Shown here piece by piece: positions 33,791-46,870 of a stretch of DNA of 64,000 bases. The first letter of the stretch is position 1. Every line of letters starts with the position of its first letter. A program made the position numbers and the translations under genes. Where the stretch lies: positions 661,416,001 through 661,480,000 of the forward strand of contig NC_067398.1 in assembly GCF_016432865.1 (NCBI RefSeq), written 5' to 3'. Below the pieces are notes generated by a model that was not told the DNA's origin, did not search any database, and saw only the letters and a program-made list of their open reading frames with translations. This DNA comes from Antechinus flavipes. Taxonomy: Eukaryota.

Positions 33791-36329
33791 CATTAGCAGT
33801 GCTCAAAGCCCCTCCAGTTACGAGGGGGAGGGAAGAAGGAGGAGGAGGAGGAGAGGTGGGGGGAACGGGTCAGCGAGGGGCCAGGCTCGCTGGGCAGATG
33901 TTGAGGCTGCGGGAAATAAAGAGACCAGAATGCCTGACGGGGCGAGTTTGGGGTTGACAAAGGTGACAGCTGTGGGGGAGGGGGCGGAGAGGTCATTGGC
34001 TGTTATTCCCTTCTCTTAAAGCCCTAGAGGTCTTTTGCAGCTTTCCTATTCCCTCCTCCTACTCCGAGGGGTTGTTATTGTCAAGGGGGAGGTTTAAGAG
34101 CAGCTGCTGAAGGAAGCCCAGGGTAGATGATGCTATCACTTCTCTGACACGTGGCCCAGCCCGGCCCATCTGCTGCTCTTTGGAGGCTCAGGGTTTCCCA
34201 CTCCCCACCCCCTTTCTCCCCATTCTAAAGCCCTGAGAGCTGAAGACCTACTGGAGGCCCCATGTGACCAGTCCTGCTCTGCTAAGACCACAAAGGAGCT
34301 CAGAGTATAGAAAAAAATGTTTTAAGACATCAGAGATGGCCCTGGTCAGCTCTTTCTCACTTCCATTCCACCCCTCCCCCATTAGCCCCAGCCTCTAGCT
34401 TTGATAAACCAAATTAGTGGTTGGGGAGTACTGTGATCTGGCTGCCAGCAATTATCAGCCAATCAAGTATCTAGAGGGGCCTAATTTCTGCACTCCCCCC
34501 AACAAATACCCACTCACCCACCAGGATGGAAGGTCCAGGACTTTTCTTCCCCTACTTTTCCCCTTTGGCCCTTCAGCATCCCCTGGCAAGTGTAATAGTC
34601 CCACTTTTTATTTCCAAAGAATCACCTTTTCCCAGCTTCAGTTTCTTTCTTAAAGATGTCTTGTGCCCTGCCTAGTTAAAGAGCATTTCATGTTGAAACG
34701 ATAAAAAAGCCCCCAGCCATGGTCTTAGTTCATTTTCCACCCAGAAGGATCTGATCTTAGTGAGGGAAACAAAAACAACCCAGCTTTGCAGGTACTTTGC
34801 CAATTAGCTTTTAACAGAAGTAAAAGCCTCACTTCTTTAAGGTCACATTGTTAAAGTTCCCACTGCTACCTTCCACTACCAGCTGATTTCACAAGTCTGA
34901 TAAACACCTCAAACCCCAGAGATCCAGAATAGGAACCTGGCATAGGACCTCAAGATTGTTAGAGGCTGCAGTCCAGGGTTCTGAGCTGCTTCTCTCAGGG
35001 GAAGGAAAAGTTGGTTACTTGACGCCTGCTACTGTATATCTAAGACATAAACTTTTTATTATTCTGGAACAGTAAGTCTCTCATGTAAGTAATTCCCTAT
35101 ATCCTTTCAGTACTGAGCCATGATCCCTTGTCTGTCAGGATTATTCAGTTTCAGTGATGTCCACTCCCTTAAATTCTGCACTCTCCCATCTCCCCTGTCT
35201 ACCGTCTGCCTTATTGGGGACTTCTCTTCCCTCAGGCTCTGCTCCCTGGAATAAAGGTTCTGTCATTCTTGATGCTTCTAGGGAATGACAGCTCCAAGGG
35301 GACAGTCCCTTGGTCTGGGATGGGATCTCAGATTCCCCAGTTTCCAGCTCTACGACTTTGTTCCATCTCTCTATCCTCTTCTAACCCTGCACACTCCTTT
35401 CCAGCTAAAGAAGCCTAGAACCTAGAATTTAAGAGCTAAAGCCACAGTAATAAGATTTGCATTGCAATCCCCTTATTTTATAGATGAAAAAAACAGAAAT
35501 CCAAAGAAGGAAGCGTGACTTGTCCACAATTTAGTCCAATGAATTAATAGCAAAGCTGGAGAAACTTGGTCTCCCAGCTCCAAATTCAGTGCTCCTTTCC
35601 TTCCATCCAAGGAGTTTTATTCCTCCTCCACAGCCCATTTCTCTTAAAGGCCTCCTCTTCCAGAAAGGCAGCACATGGAAAAGCTGGAAGAGACCTTAAT
35701 TTTCTCAAGATCACAGACTGAGAAATGAAACAGAGCTTTGAGATCATCTGGTACAATCTCCCTCATTTTATAAATAAGGTTTCTGAAGTTCCAAGATGTA
35801 GAAGGGGTCTGGCCAAGGTCTCAGCAAATCAGTAGCTGAACCAGTACTAAAAACTGGAAATTTTTAAAGGGAGAAAAAAGAAACTCGACAAATTTTTGGT
35901 TAAAAAAATAGCTTTTACATAGCATTTTGTTATATATGTGTGTATACACAAATATGTGTATGTATATTGCATATGTACATATCATACATACATTATATAT
36001 ACATGTTTCTCACTAAAGCTCAAACTCAATCCCCTCACTTGTTCAGGGATCCTGAGTTTGAGAAATCACGGTCCATACAATTTGAGGTAAAGGCAGGATG
36101 TTGTCCTATTTTCTATTCAGAACTACTAGGAGGTTGCTCAGTGACACTGGGAATGTTTGTTGACAAATCTGATCAAATCTGTCACTTCTCAGGTGTATAA
36201 ATATGATATAGGCGCTGGCTAATTGCATTTTTATGTGCAACGAATGGTAACCCAAAACCCCATGATCTTCAAACCAGACTGATTTGTGGGTTGTGACTGC
36301 TGGGTTTAGAGATGCAGGAAGGATCCTGG

Positions 36330-36570
36330 GCATTTTTTCAAAGAATCCTCAAACCTCAGGACTAGAAGGGACCTCACAGGCACCTCAGTACCATCTCTAC
36401 CAGAACAAGAATCTCCTTTACAGCATTCCCAACAAGGAACAATGCAGTCTTTACTTGAAAATCTCCACTATTTCCTGAGGCATCTCATTTCACTTTTTGA
36501 CAGCTCTTATTAGGAATTTTTCCTTACACTGAGGCAAAAATCTGCTTCTTGACAACTTCCAGTCATTCTT
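36330..36570 (-). mobile_element. L3/CR1 3' fragment
   Basis: Reverse-orientation CR1 tail pattern. Confidence 0.45.
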
Positions 36571-38271
36571 TCCCAGTGAAAAAGGCAGGAGGAGGTTCAA
36601 TAGATGAGAGGGATCTTTGGCTAGAAGGGCTGGAAGAGAAGTCAGGTATGAGATGAGAGCCATTCTCAGAGCTGCTCAGGAGGAAAGAACTGATCCTGAA
36701 TAAATTGATTTGTTAAGGGCCAGATCAAGTTACTAATTGGTCCAAATGCAATCTTGCCTTGCTGTTACATTCCAGAGCCCCAAGTATCTTTCTCCCCTCA
36801 TTTTCCTTTCCTCCATTCCCCAACATAGGGCTGGACAGTGCAGGATTTACTATAAACTTTCAACTTACTCTCAGTCCTGGGACTTAGCTTGGCCCCATAA
36901 TCTTGCCCAGGCCCAGAGCATTTAACTCTCTAGTGGCCTGAGAAGGATGATCTTTTCCCCATCAGAACATCCTTTTCACAACTGATTTAAGATTCCCCAG
37001 GCTCACTTTCAGTGCATCAGGAAGCTGTTTGTCCTTTATTCTTGAAGAGGATTATGACATTTAGGAGGTGATACCATGACATGCAAATGAATTGGATTTA
37101 ATTGAGGGAGTCACTTAAATCTTAAAAGTGCAAATACAAGGTTACCTGCCTCACTTTCCCCTCCAGAGCCATCGGGATCCAGTGACCAAATAGAGATGAG
37201 GACAAGTAGAGGACAAGCCTTGGATAAAATGGGAAACCTTGGCCTTTTTAAGTTAAGGTCTCAGGTAGGGAATAGAGTCCACTTTTCCAGAGTTGTAACT
37301 AGGATAGAGTGGTCTATATGTCCAGGAGATGATATATATAGGGACTCTACTTCTTCCCTACTGCAATCTAGAGCAATGTTTGTGGAATCTTGACCCCAGC
37401 AGGAGGTAATTTATTATCTGTAAATGTTTAATTTGTAAAGTTATTTTATATACTTCTATACCTGAGGTTGCATAAATATTTCTTGGACAAAAAGGGATCA
37501 CAAGTGGAAAAAGTTTAAAGAAACTTGGTCTAGTCGTTGCAGACTCCATATTTGAAGGCTCACTGACCTTCATCAAACATTTCTGCCATGGGATTAGGGA
37601 AAGCTGGGGGGAAGTGATAAAGCATCAGTGGCAAAGGTAAAAGGAAGAAGGGAAGGAAGGGACAGGATACTTCTTTCTCCCAAAGATTACAACCAATCGC
37701 TCTATGCTTGGATTTTCTCTTCTAGGGCTAAGTGCCTCTCTTTCCATTTAAAACTCCATTCCTTGCTACTCCTTTCCATTATGCTCTTCTGTTACCTTCT
37801 CGTACTATTCACAAATTTCTTTGAATTCTAGATTTCTCCCTCTCCTAGTTTTTTTATCTTCTACTCACTAAAACCTAAGGATACCACCTCTCTTGAGACA
37901 TATGAACAAGAATCTTCTCAAGGCATCTGAACAGGAAAAAAACTAGCATTTACTAAGAGGCCACGATGTGACAGGTGCTGTGCTAAGCACTTTACATTAT
38001 CTCATTTGATCCTCCCAAGAACCCTGAAGATTTGTGTTACTGCTATCCTCATTTCATTTTTTATTATTTTGTTAAATTTCCATGTTATATATTTTTACCA
38101 TGTTTAACATATATTGGACTACATGCCATCTAGGGAGGGGATGGGAGAAATGGGGGGTAGGGAAGAATTGGAGCATAAGCTTTTTCAAGGGTCAATGTTG
38201 AAAAAATTAACTTTGTATATATTCTAAAAATAAAAAATAAAAATAAATTTCCATGTTAGTCGTGTTATTAA

Positions 38272-38566
38272 GGGACAACTAGTTGGTCCAGTGTTAATTT
38301 GAGTCAGGAAGACTTGAGTTCAAGTCTGACCTCAGAAACTAGCTGGGTGACTCTGGGCAAATCACTTCATTCTGTCTGCCTCAATTTCCTCTTATATAAA
38401 ATGAGCTGGAGAAAGAAATGGCACATCATTTCAGTTTCTTTCTTTTTTTTTTCTGAGGCAATTGGGGTTAAATGATTGCCCAGGGTCACACAGCAGGAAA
38501 TATTAAGGCCAGATTTGAACTCAGGTCCTCCTGACTTCAGAGCTGGTATTCTATCCACTGCACCTC
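38272..38566. mobile_element. MAR1-type SINE (+, 38272-38430) followed by WSINE1-type SINE (-, 38444-38566)
   Basis: Core and tail motifs as in other copies; poly(T)ctgaggcaattggggttaaatga start of the reverse copy. Confidence 0.6.
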
Positions 38567-39886
38567 ATTCTAGTTTCTTTGCCAGGAAAATCCCAAATGA
38601 GGTTACAAAGAATCCTACACAACTAAACAATATATTGGGAAAGAAAACATGGACTAAAAAAAATATTAAAAAATAAAGCGAAAAAAAGTCATCAACCTGT
38701 GCACTCAGATTCCTTTAGTTCTTTCTCTAACGGTGAACAGAATTTTTTTTTTTTTAATATCATGAATCTTTTGGAATTGTCACCTACAGTTACAGTTGAG
38801 AATATTGAGATAGAAGATAGTTGGCTTGGCCAGAGTCACAGTCCCAGGGCTTGTAAGTACCTTGAAATCAAGAGTTTCCTGACTCTAAGTCCACTTCTCT
38901 ATGTACTTTTTGCTACTTAGCTGATGCTAACAAGGACTAGTCAGTCAGTCAACGGGCATTTAAGTGTTTATTGTGTGCTAGGGACTATGTTTAAGTGTTA
39001 GGGATGCAAATAAAAGCCAAAAAAAAAAAAAAGTTTTCTTGGTTCCCAGATCACAGTTTTTCCATTATACCTACATGCAAAGTATCAGATAAAGGGTAAG
39101 TTCCGAGCATGTAGGAAGTTATATGAAGGGAGCTACTCAAGGCATCTTGGTGCATCAGATGGAAAGTGGCTGAAAATGCCCAGTCCTCTTTCTGACTGAG
39201 CCCTGGGAGAACAGCTGCCTATAATCTCTCCCAGATGCCAAGACTTCTTCCTTACTAGAGTCAGACCCAGGCTAAAGGGAAGGGTCTTGGCTGGCTGGAA
39301 ATCAGAATGGTCCCTCCCCATGCTACTACCCACCTCTCTTCTGCAGGTGTGTTTATTGAATCTTCACAAACTATCCCCACCTGATGGCTCTGAAGACCAG
39401 ACCCTGCCTCCTTGTTGCTACTGGGCTTGGGAGTATATCATAGACAAGTGCCTAAAAATAGGGAATCCTCGTCCTCCATCCCTGAAACAGTGACAACACA
39501 CACATATCCAGGAGCACCTTGTTAACAAACCTTGGAACAAAGGAGTAGCGGGGAGGCAGTGCCGACATCACTAAGAGGTGGGTGTGAGAAATGAGAGGAA
39601 GGGGGGGAGGAGGAGAGTAGTGTAGGCAAGAGAGCATGAGGACACACAACATCAGAAAACAGAACATCAGATAAAGAGGAAAAGGACCTTTGCAGAATCT
39701 AAGAGTTGGAAGGAAGCTTAGAAAAAAGATTTACAAAAGGCTTTCTTCATAGCAACCCTGGAGATAGGTAGAACAATTCTTTCCATTTTATAAATGTAGA
39801 TGTAGATATAGGTACTGTCTCAAATAGGGAAATGACTGGCCAAAGTTCATAGAAATGAACATAGACTATCCTTCAGAACAGACTAT

Positions 39887-40040
39887 TAGAATTGAGAGGG
39901 CTCTTAAAGCACAGAATAGCAGAGCTGGGAGGGCCCTTTAGAAACCAGGTCGTCAGAGCTGGGAGGGTCCTTAGAACACAGGGTGTCAGAGGTGGGAGGG
40001 CCCTGAGAAGAGATAAAGCCAGATCTATAAGGAAATTTAG
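39887..40040. repeat. Best-preserved 33-bp-unit array (about 5 units)
   Basis: Units start at 39887, 39920, 39954, 39987, 40020; consensus approx. CAGAGCTGGGAGGGNCCTTAGAACACAGRNTGT. Confidence 0.85.
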
Positions 40041-40859
40041 AGGTTGAGACCAACTCATCTGTGTTTATACCCATTTCCCTCAATTAGTTAGCTCCTCCAG
40101 AGCAGAGATCTATGCATCTCCAATATATCCTATGGCTAATAAATATTTATATTTGCAAACAGGAAAATGAAGCCCACAGAAGTGGGCTCATTGATAGCCA
40201 TAAAGCAAATTTATAATTGAATAGAACCAGATTCTAGGTCTTCTGATTCCTGAGAAGGAAGAAACACAGAAATGAATAGGTACTAACTCATACTCCTGGA
40301 GTCAGAAATGGTCTTTTGCCTCGGGTAGATTGCTTACTCCTGGAATGGGGCTGAAGGGTAAAGCATTTAATTGGAGGACTGATATTCTTTGTAAAGGTAA
40401 AGAATGAGCAAAGGGATTGGGAGGATGGGGAAATCAACATCTTTAAAATCTCTGACAAATCCCTTCAGGGTCCAGTTATCCAGGCTTTATTGTTAATATT
40501 AGCTCAATTCATCGAATAAACATTTTACCAACACTTAGGTATTGAGGCAGCAGCATGGCAAGTGGGAAAAGAACACTGTAGTCAAACCTACCCATGGCAC
40601 TTATTGGCTGCGTGGCACTGGGCAATTAACAACTTCTCTCTGCCTCACTGAGATTCCTCACTTGTAAACTGGGGACAATGATACTTGTAAAATCCTTACA
40701 AATATTAAGACATTCCCCACTTTAGTTTTGCTTTCACTTGGAGAGGTTGTTTTGTTTTTTAGGGTTTGTGGATTTGGTTGTAGATAGGGGTTGTGGGAAG
40801 CAGATGAGTATCAAGTTATGTAAGGGGCAAGAGGGGATAGACTGCAGTACACAAGGGCT

Positions 40860-41900
40860 TTTGGAATAGATTTCTTTCTTTTTTAATTTTAATTTTTTAA
40901 ATTTGCATTTTAAACTGTCTTTCCACTTTCTCACTCCACACTAAAGTCATCCTTTGATATATATATGCACCCACATATGTGTATATTTGATATAGATATT
41001 CTTTGTCGTTGATTTGAGTATTTGTAATATTCAGAATAACTCATTCAGTTATTCTTCAAACAACATTACTATAATTGTATACAGTAATTTCTTGGTTCTG
41101 CTCATTTCATTCTTTATTATTTCATTTTCCTAAAATCGACCAGTTCATAATTTCTTACAGCACAGTAGTATTTCATCACAATCACATACCACAACTTACT
41201 TAGCTATTCCTCAGTTGATGGGCATCACCTCAATCTTCAGTTCTTTGCCATCACAAAGAATTGCTATAAATATTTTAAAACATATAAATTTTTTTTTAAC
41301 CTAAGCACTTTGGGAAACAAGACATAAAATTGCTGGGTCAAAAGGAATACAGAGTTTTAGAATTCTTTGGATATAATTCCAGATTACTCTCTAAAATGAT
41401 TGGATCAGTTTACAGTTCCACCAATAGTATGTTAGTATCTCAAATTTTCCACATCCTCTCCAAAATTTGTCATTTCCTCTTCTATCATTTTAACTTATCT
41501 GATTTAGGTGTGAGATAATATCTCAAAGTTGTTTTAATTTGCATTTGTCTAATCAATAATGATTTAGGGCATTTTTATATGACTATAAAGAGCTTTGATT
41601 TCATCATCAGAAAAACTGCCTATTCATATCCCTTGACCATTTATCAATTGGGGAATGACTCATTCTTACAAATTTGACAAAATTCTCTTATTTTGAAATG
41701 TCTTTTATGTAAGAAACTATAAATTTTCTGCTTTCTTTTAATCTTGATTACATTGGTTTTATTTGTACAAAACCTTTAAAATTTAACTAAAATATCTACT
41801 TTATGTCTTACAATGCTCTATCTTTTGTGTTTCATAAATTTTTATCCTACTCGTAAGTCTGAAATTCTGTTCCTCATTTTTCTGGAATGAAGATTTCTTT
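40860..41900 (-). mobile_element. Old L1 3' UTR/ORF2 fragment
   Basis: Antisense L1 pattern (gctattcctcagttgatgggcatc...ttgctataaatatttt; tatcccttgaccatttatcaattggggaatgactc). Confidence 0.65.
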
Positions 41901-42954
41901 CAGAATTCTTTAGATAAAATCACAGTAATGTGAATTTACATCAAGCAAGAACTGTTTGTATTTCTAGACACCTTGTTCATATTACTGACACTTAGAAATT
42001 CACAACTTTTCTCACAACAATTCTATGAAAGTATTATCATCCTTATCTTATAAATGAATAAGCTGAATACTTATCTAAGGCCAAAAAGTTAGTATTCAGC
42101 AAAGCTTGGGCTGCAGAGCCTATCTCCTGATTCCAAATCTGGAGACCACTACAATGCCTAATTACATGAGCCTGATGCCCCGGGAGGCTGGGTAGACCTT
42201 TGGTGAAATAAGGAGGTATGTGTGTGGGACTGGGCAGGTCCCATTCCCACCCCAGCCCATTCCCTTGTCATGCCAAATCAGGACCTTCCATTTAAGGCTT
42301 CCCAAACCTCAGCTGTTAACAATGCTTCTTTGCACGCAAAGTACTCATGGAAGACACAAACCATAGCCCTCTGATGGATGAGGCTAGACTGCTCTGCCGA
42401 GTCCTGCTGTGAAAGAACAAGGACCCCACTGAGAAGAAGGGGGTACAACCACCATTCACCAGTCATTCACCCTATAGGGTGGCTGGCTAAGTGTAGGACA
42501 GCAGAACTACCAGCTGAGATAATGGGGCTGGGAGGCAACTCTGCCTCAACCTCCTGCTGCAGGAGCCTGAGGACAGGTTTCAGGGATCCTGCTAAACTTA
42601 CTGGATCCAGACCCTACTTCTTCACATTATCAGAACCTTTTGAGGCTGGGAGAAACCTTAGAAATTACCCAATAAAACTTTCTCATTTTCTAGTTAAGGT
42701 GATAAGGCTCAAAGTCAATAGTCTATCAGTAGCAGAGCACCAAAATCCAGGTCTTTTTGTTCCCGGCCAAAGGAGGAGTGAAAGACTATGAAAGAACTGC
42801 AGCAGCTCAGAGACGACAGGGACCTCTGCATCTGCTCCAGTGCCCACCAGAACAGTAAGCCCCTGATAACTACCCCATGCTGCCTCCCTCCCTTAGAGAT
42901 GATCAAGAGATTTAAGGCTCAAGATCAGCATAATCAACAATCCATTCGGTTTTC

Positions 42955-42960
42955 TTTATT
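42955..42960 (-). terminator. YJU2 polyadenylation signal
   Basis: AATAAA on the minus strand about 810 nt after the stop. Confidence 0.55.
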
Positions 42961-43766
42961 TGGTTAAGATAATGACTTATAGATACAAATTAGGTGGAGC
43001 TGGTAGGATTCAGGGGGTGGGAGGTGGGTAAGAGGAGCAGGGATAATGGGGACAGGACTTTTAGGTTGGCCTGATCTGGTCAGTAGTTGCATGGTTGGTC
43101 TTAGGATCTGCCCCCTTATGTTACTTAGGTCTAGGAAGGAAGGAGGTAGACAGGAAAAGATGTCCATTGTGATAGAGCATCATATATCTCATAATTCAAT
43201 TCCCAAAGGTTCAAGCTCCATTCTCTGGGATATCTGACCATGACATACTAGCAACAGAAAAAATTAATTCTAGCTCCATCAAGGAGAAAAAAGCCCTCAG
43301 TTCCAAAGATGGCAAGAGGCAACTGCTTCCACAGTGATTCTACTTTGATCACCTGGGCTTGATGAGCATGAGGGGCTGGGCCAAAGTAAGCAAGGCTGAG
43401 TCCCAATATCTTCTGTAAGGTCACCCCTGATCTCCTGGAGGGCACTAGGCTAGGAATGGATAGGATTTTCAGTTGCCACTCCCTAAGGAGGGAAGAGTGT
43501 CACAACACTGAATCCTCCCAAAGTCTATGGGCCTGGAGAGGAGAGGAGCAGCCAGTTCCTGGGCAGCTGAGAAGGGGGGAAAGCACAGTGAGCTCACTAG
43601 ACAAGAGGCTCTGGCAGTGTTGCTCCCATCCCAGTCCTCCTCTTCACATTGCTGGGCTCACTGAACAAAGAAATAAACCCACTGCAGCCTGATTCCGGGG
43701 TCTGGCCCCACAGGGGAGGGGCCATTAAGGATCTGGGGCCTCCCTCCAAGGGGAGGGATAGAGGCT

Positions 43767-43879
43767 TCAGCTGCTGTTGCTGCTATCTTCACTGTCTGAG
43801 TAGGCCCCAAGCTGGCTCAGAGATGAGGCACTGGGGGTCCTGGGCGACGAGCTGGTCTCTTTCAAACTCTGTGGTACTC
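43767..43879 (-). CDS. YJU2: YJU2 exon 8
   Basis: 113 nt; ctttgtag|GA...TGA; GVPQSLKETSSSPRTPSASSLSQLGAYSDSEDSSNSS*. Confidence 0.93.
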
Positions 43880-44225
43880 CTACAAAGACAGGCTGGGGTC
43901 AACTTGGTTGAGCCGTCCCCCACACTGGGCTCCCAGTGCTCCACAGTCATGGATGGTTCAGCAGAGCAGGAAAACCTAAATACCTACTTCCTCCTTCTCC
44001 ACCCCCCAACACCTTCAGAATGAGTTTCTCTCCTCAATCTGACTCTGGGGTACAAAGAGAATCAAGGATCAGAAATAAAGCTATTCTTTGCACCTGCATG
44101 GGCATCCTTTGCCCTCTAGTGGCTGCTTGAAAGATGCTTCTTGTTTCTTCAGCAAATAGAATACAGACCAAGAATTTGAAAATCGTAGAAAATTCAGAGA
44201 ACAGGACCTTGGAGACCATCTAGAC

Positions 44226-44417
44226 CAGCGGTCCTCAAACTATGGCCTGCGGGCCAGATGCGGCAGGTGAGGAAGATTATCCCCCTTACCCAGAGCTATG
44301 AAGTTTCTTTATTTAAAGGCCCACAAAACAAAGTTTTTGTTTTTTACTATAGCCGGCCCTCCAACAGTCTGAGGGACAGTAAACTGGCCCCCTATTTAAA
44401 AAGTTTGAGAACCCCTG
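44226..44417. mobile_element. 192-bp hAT (Charlie/OC1-like) MITE in YJU2 intron 7
   Basis: 16-bp TIRs CAGCGGTCCTCAAACT / AGTTTGAGAACCCCTG (14/16 complementary); flanks atctagac / attctagac fit the nTCTAGAn hAT-Charlie target. Confidence 0.85.
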
Positions 44418-44426
44418 ATTCTAGAC

Positions 44427-44650
44427 CTAGGAGTCTTAACCTAGAGTTCATAGATTTTTAGAGGATCCATGAACTTGTATCCAAAAAATGTTTAGATCTA
44501 CATTTTCCATAACCTCTGCATGAAATTTAGCCCATAGCCTGGGCCTCTCAATTATTTTTAAAAATTTTCCAAAAGGGGGGACCCACAGATATGACTGGAT
44601 ATAATCCAAAGGGATCCAAGATACAAAATAAATTAAGAATTCCTGGATTA
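44427..44650. mobile_element. Older degenerate hAT-type MITE
   Basis: ctaggagtcttaacct...ttaagaattcctgg ends; interior resembles segments at 12960-13145 and 60100-60260. Confidence 0.35.
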
Positions 44651-44786
44651 GAGCAAATCCATAAAGGTCCTATAGCTAGCAAGCAGCAGAGCTGGCTCTG
44701 ACCTCAGATGGTCCTTCACTTCTAAGTGCCAATGACATTTTTTTTCCCAGTAGCTAAGGGACTTTTATGACACGGGAGCCCATTAC

Positions 44787-44946
44787 CTGTGCTGGAAGAG
44801 GGCAAGATTATGTGCCCATTGCTGCTGCTGGGTCTCTGAGCAGCTGCCTTCTTTGCCACAACCAAGCCTGCCAGCTTTGACTTGCTGCCCAGTGCACCAA
44901 CGCTTCGTTCCCAGCTCTCCAACTTTTGCTTTTTTAGTTGAGGGAC
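44787..44946 (-). CDS. YJU2: YJU2 exon 7
   Basis: 160 nt; ccctcag|GTC...ACAG|gtaat; VPQLKKQKLESWERSVGALGSKSKLAGLVVAKK. Confidence 0.92.
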
Positions 44947-45830
44947 CTGAGGGGGAAGAAGAGAGCAATGAGGCAGTCTATTCTCAAAAATTCCTAAAAA
45001 CTCAAGAATTACCCTTCATTTGGAATTAACTAGTGCTTGAGATAGCACTCAGGGCCTTTGTAAACTTTAAAGTGCTATACAAATGACAGCCATGATTACC
45101 ATGCCCAGCCTTTGGTGTGGTCACTCAAAAGGAGAGCATTCTTTCTGAGTAATGCATCCTGCCCATGGAGAGTTTAGGCTATGAAGCTGATAGTCTGTTC
45201 TGGCTCAGTTTTCAATGACTTCTTACTCAGAGGTGTGGAAGGGAGCAAATTCTCCCAAATCACTTTCTGAGAAACCTTCACAAGACTGGCCAACTCAGGA
45301 AGCACATTCTTCAAAGCTCCAGGATGGAAGTGATACAAGTGAAAGCCCTGGCTTAGGAAGAAGAGCTGGAGAGAACAGCAGGCATCTTCCCTAGCAGTCA
45401 TCAGAGGATACCAACCCTAGGAGGGACCTGAATGGGGAGGGTGGGGAGGAAAAGGCAAATTGCTCTTTTCTCTCCAGCCTTGCTCAGTGAATACAGCGCT
45501 CCCCATTATCACTAGGGTCATATAGAAACTCCTGCCGGGTGTTTAGGGTTTCCCATAGCCTGGGCCTCTCATGCCTGTTCAGTCTTTTGATACTGTCCCT
45601 TCCATGCTCTCTCTGGCCAAGCCATACCTGTTCTTCCTTGTCTTTATGTCCCCAATGATCAACACTGTGCCTGGAACACAACAGGGTTTTGAATAAATGT
45701 CTGCTGACTGCTCTGGCTGACGGCCACCTCCACACGGCCTAAATTCCTCACTGGTCCCAAGGACGAGTCTGGGTGCCCAGAGCAGCCACACAGTGACCGC
45801 TGGTGGGCAGGGAGGAGACCCAGGCCTTAC

Positions 45831-45951
45831 CTCCTCTAAGATGGCTGTGGGAGCGCCCCGAGTGGGCAGCTGAGAAGGGGCAAGGGCGGGCTCCTCATCA
45901 GAGTCTGAATCTTCGATGAGTCGCCGTCTCCGAGCCTGCTCCATCATGGCC
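45831..45951 (-). CDS. YJU2: YJU2 exon 6
   Basis: 121 nt; cccacag|G...GAG|gtaag; AMMEQARRRRLIEDSDSDEE...PTAILEE. Confidence 0.93.
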
Positions 45952-46539
45952 CTGTGGGATAGACCATGGTTGGTGAGGGCCTCCTGGATGCTTCTTGGGA
46001 GTCCCAGCTATGACTTCAGAGGCGGCCTCCCACTAGTCAGTGACCATGAACAGTGCTCCTTTCTTCCTCAGTGACCCCCAAAGCTATTCCTCTTCCATCT
46101 CCTCCTGAAGAGAACGGACTCCAGAGCTGCTTCCCACGCAGCCCATCAGCATGACATCGTGGAGTATCAAGGAAGCATTCCTGGGTGGATTTCCTAACAG
46201 CCCTTCCCATCCTGGGCTCTTTCTGGCCTCAGAAGAAGGGGTGACAATCATACTGAGGAAAGGGCAGGCTGGAGAGTCTGCATTAGGACTTGCTCTGGAG
46301 GCTGGGATCTGAGCTAGGATCCCCAGTCATTTTCATTTTATGAATTTGTCAAAATATTAAGGGGTACATGGGTGTGGGGAGAAAAAGAGTGGAGGAAACA
46401 CTCCTTTGTATCTATTTCTGAGCTGGGAAAACTAAGGCCTAGGGTCACCACAGACAACTGAGAATACCCAATTTCAAAAAATTACAATAAAGAGGGAGAA
46501 TCCTATGGCCTAAACATTCTACAGATAAAGTTCACTCAA

Positions 46540-46870
46540 GAGGACTGGGAGGCTCTCAAGAAAGAATACAAATTATCCTAATGAGGAAGAAGGGAAACTC
46601 TAAAAGACAGCAATGTGCATGCATTAAGAATCGGATTTATTTTAATATACAGAAAATTAAAGAAAGGTCAAGTAAGTGAATATGAATACAAAAGTGGCGA
46701 GACTCCCCAGAAATGTTAAAAATGTTACATCTCAGAATGAGCTAAGGCTTGCAATGAATACAAATACTGAAGACAACAAAAAGCAACTTTGTAGTTACTT
46801 GGTGGCAAATACATCTTGGTTGTCTACCCCTGCTCAGGTAGATGAGATGATAACAGAAAGAAGGTGGATC
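46540..46870 (+). mobile_element. L3/CR1 ORF2 fragment
   Basis: Residual translation NELRLAMNTNTEDNKKQLCSY resembles CR1 ORF2 ELRLA...KDNKKGF..Y. Confidence 0.55.

Noticed and set aside
39887-40040. CRISPR-like appearance of regularly spaced 33-bp repeats
   Set aside because: Units are directly tandem with no unique spacers, in a mammalian genome, and match a SINE/LINE tail.
42278-42466. 62-aa ORF with a signal-peptide-like start (MTGEWWLYPLLLSGVLVLS)
   Set aside because: No recognisable homology, promoter or splice support; just downstream of the YJU2 3' end; expected by chance.
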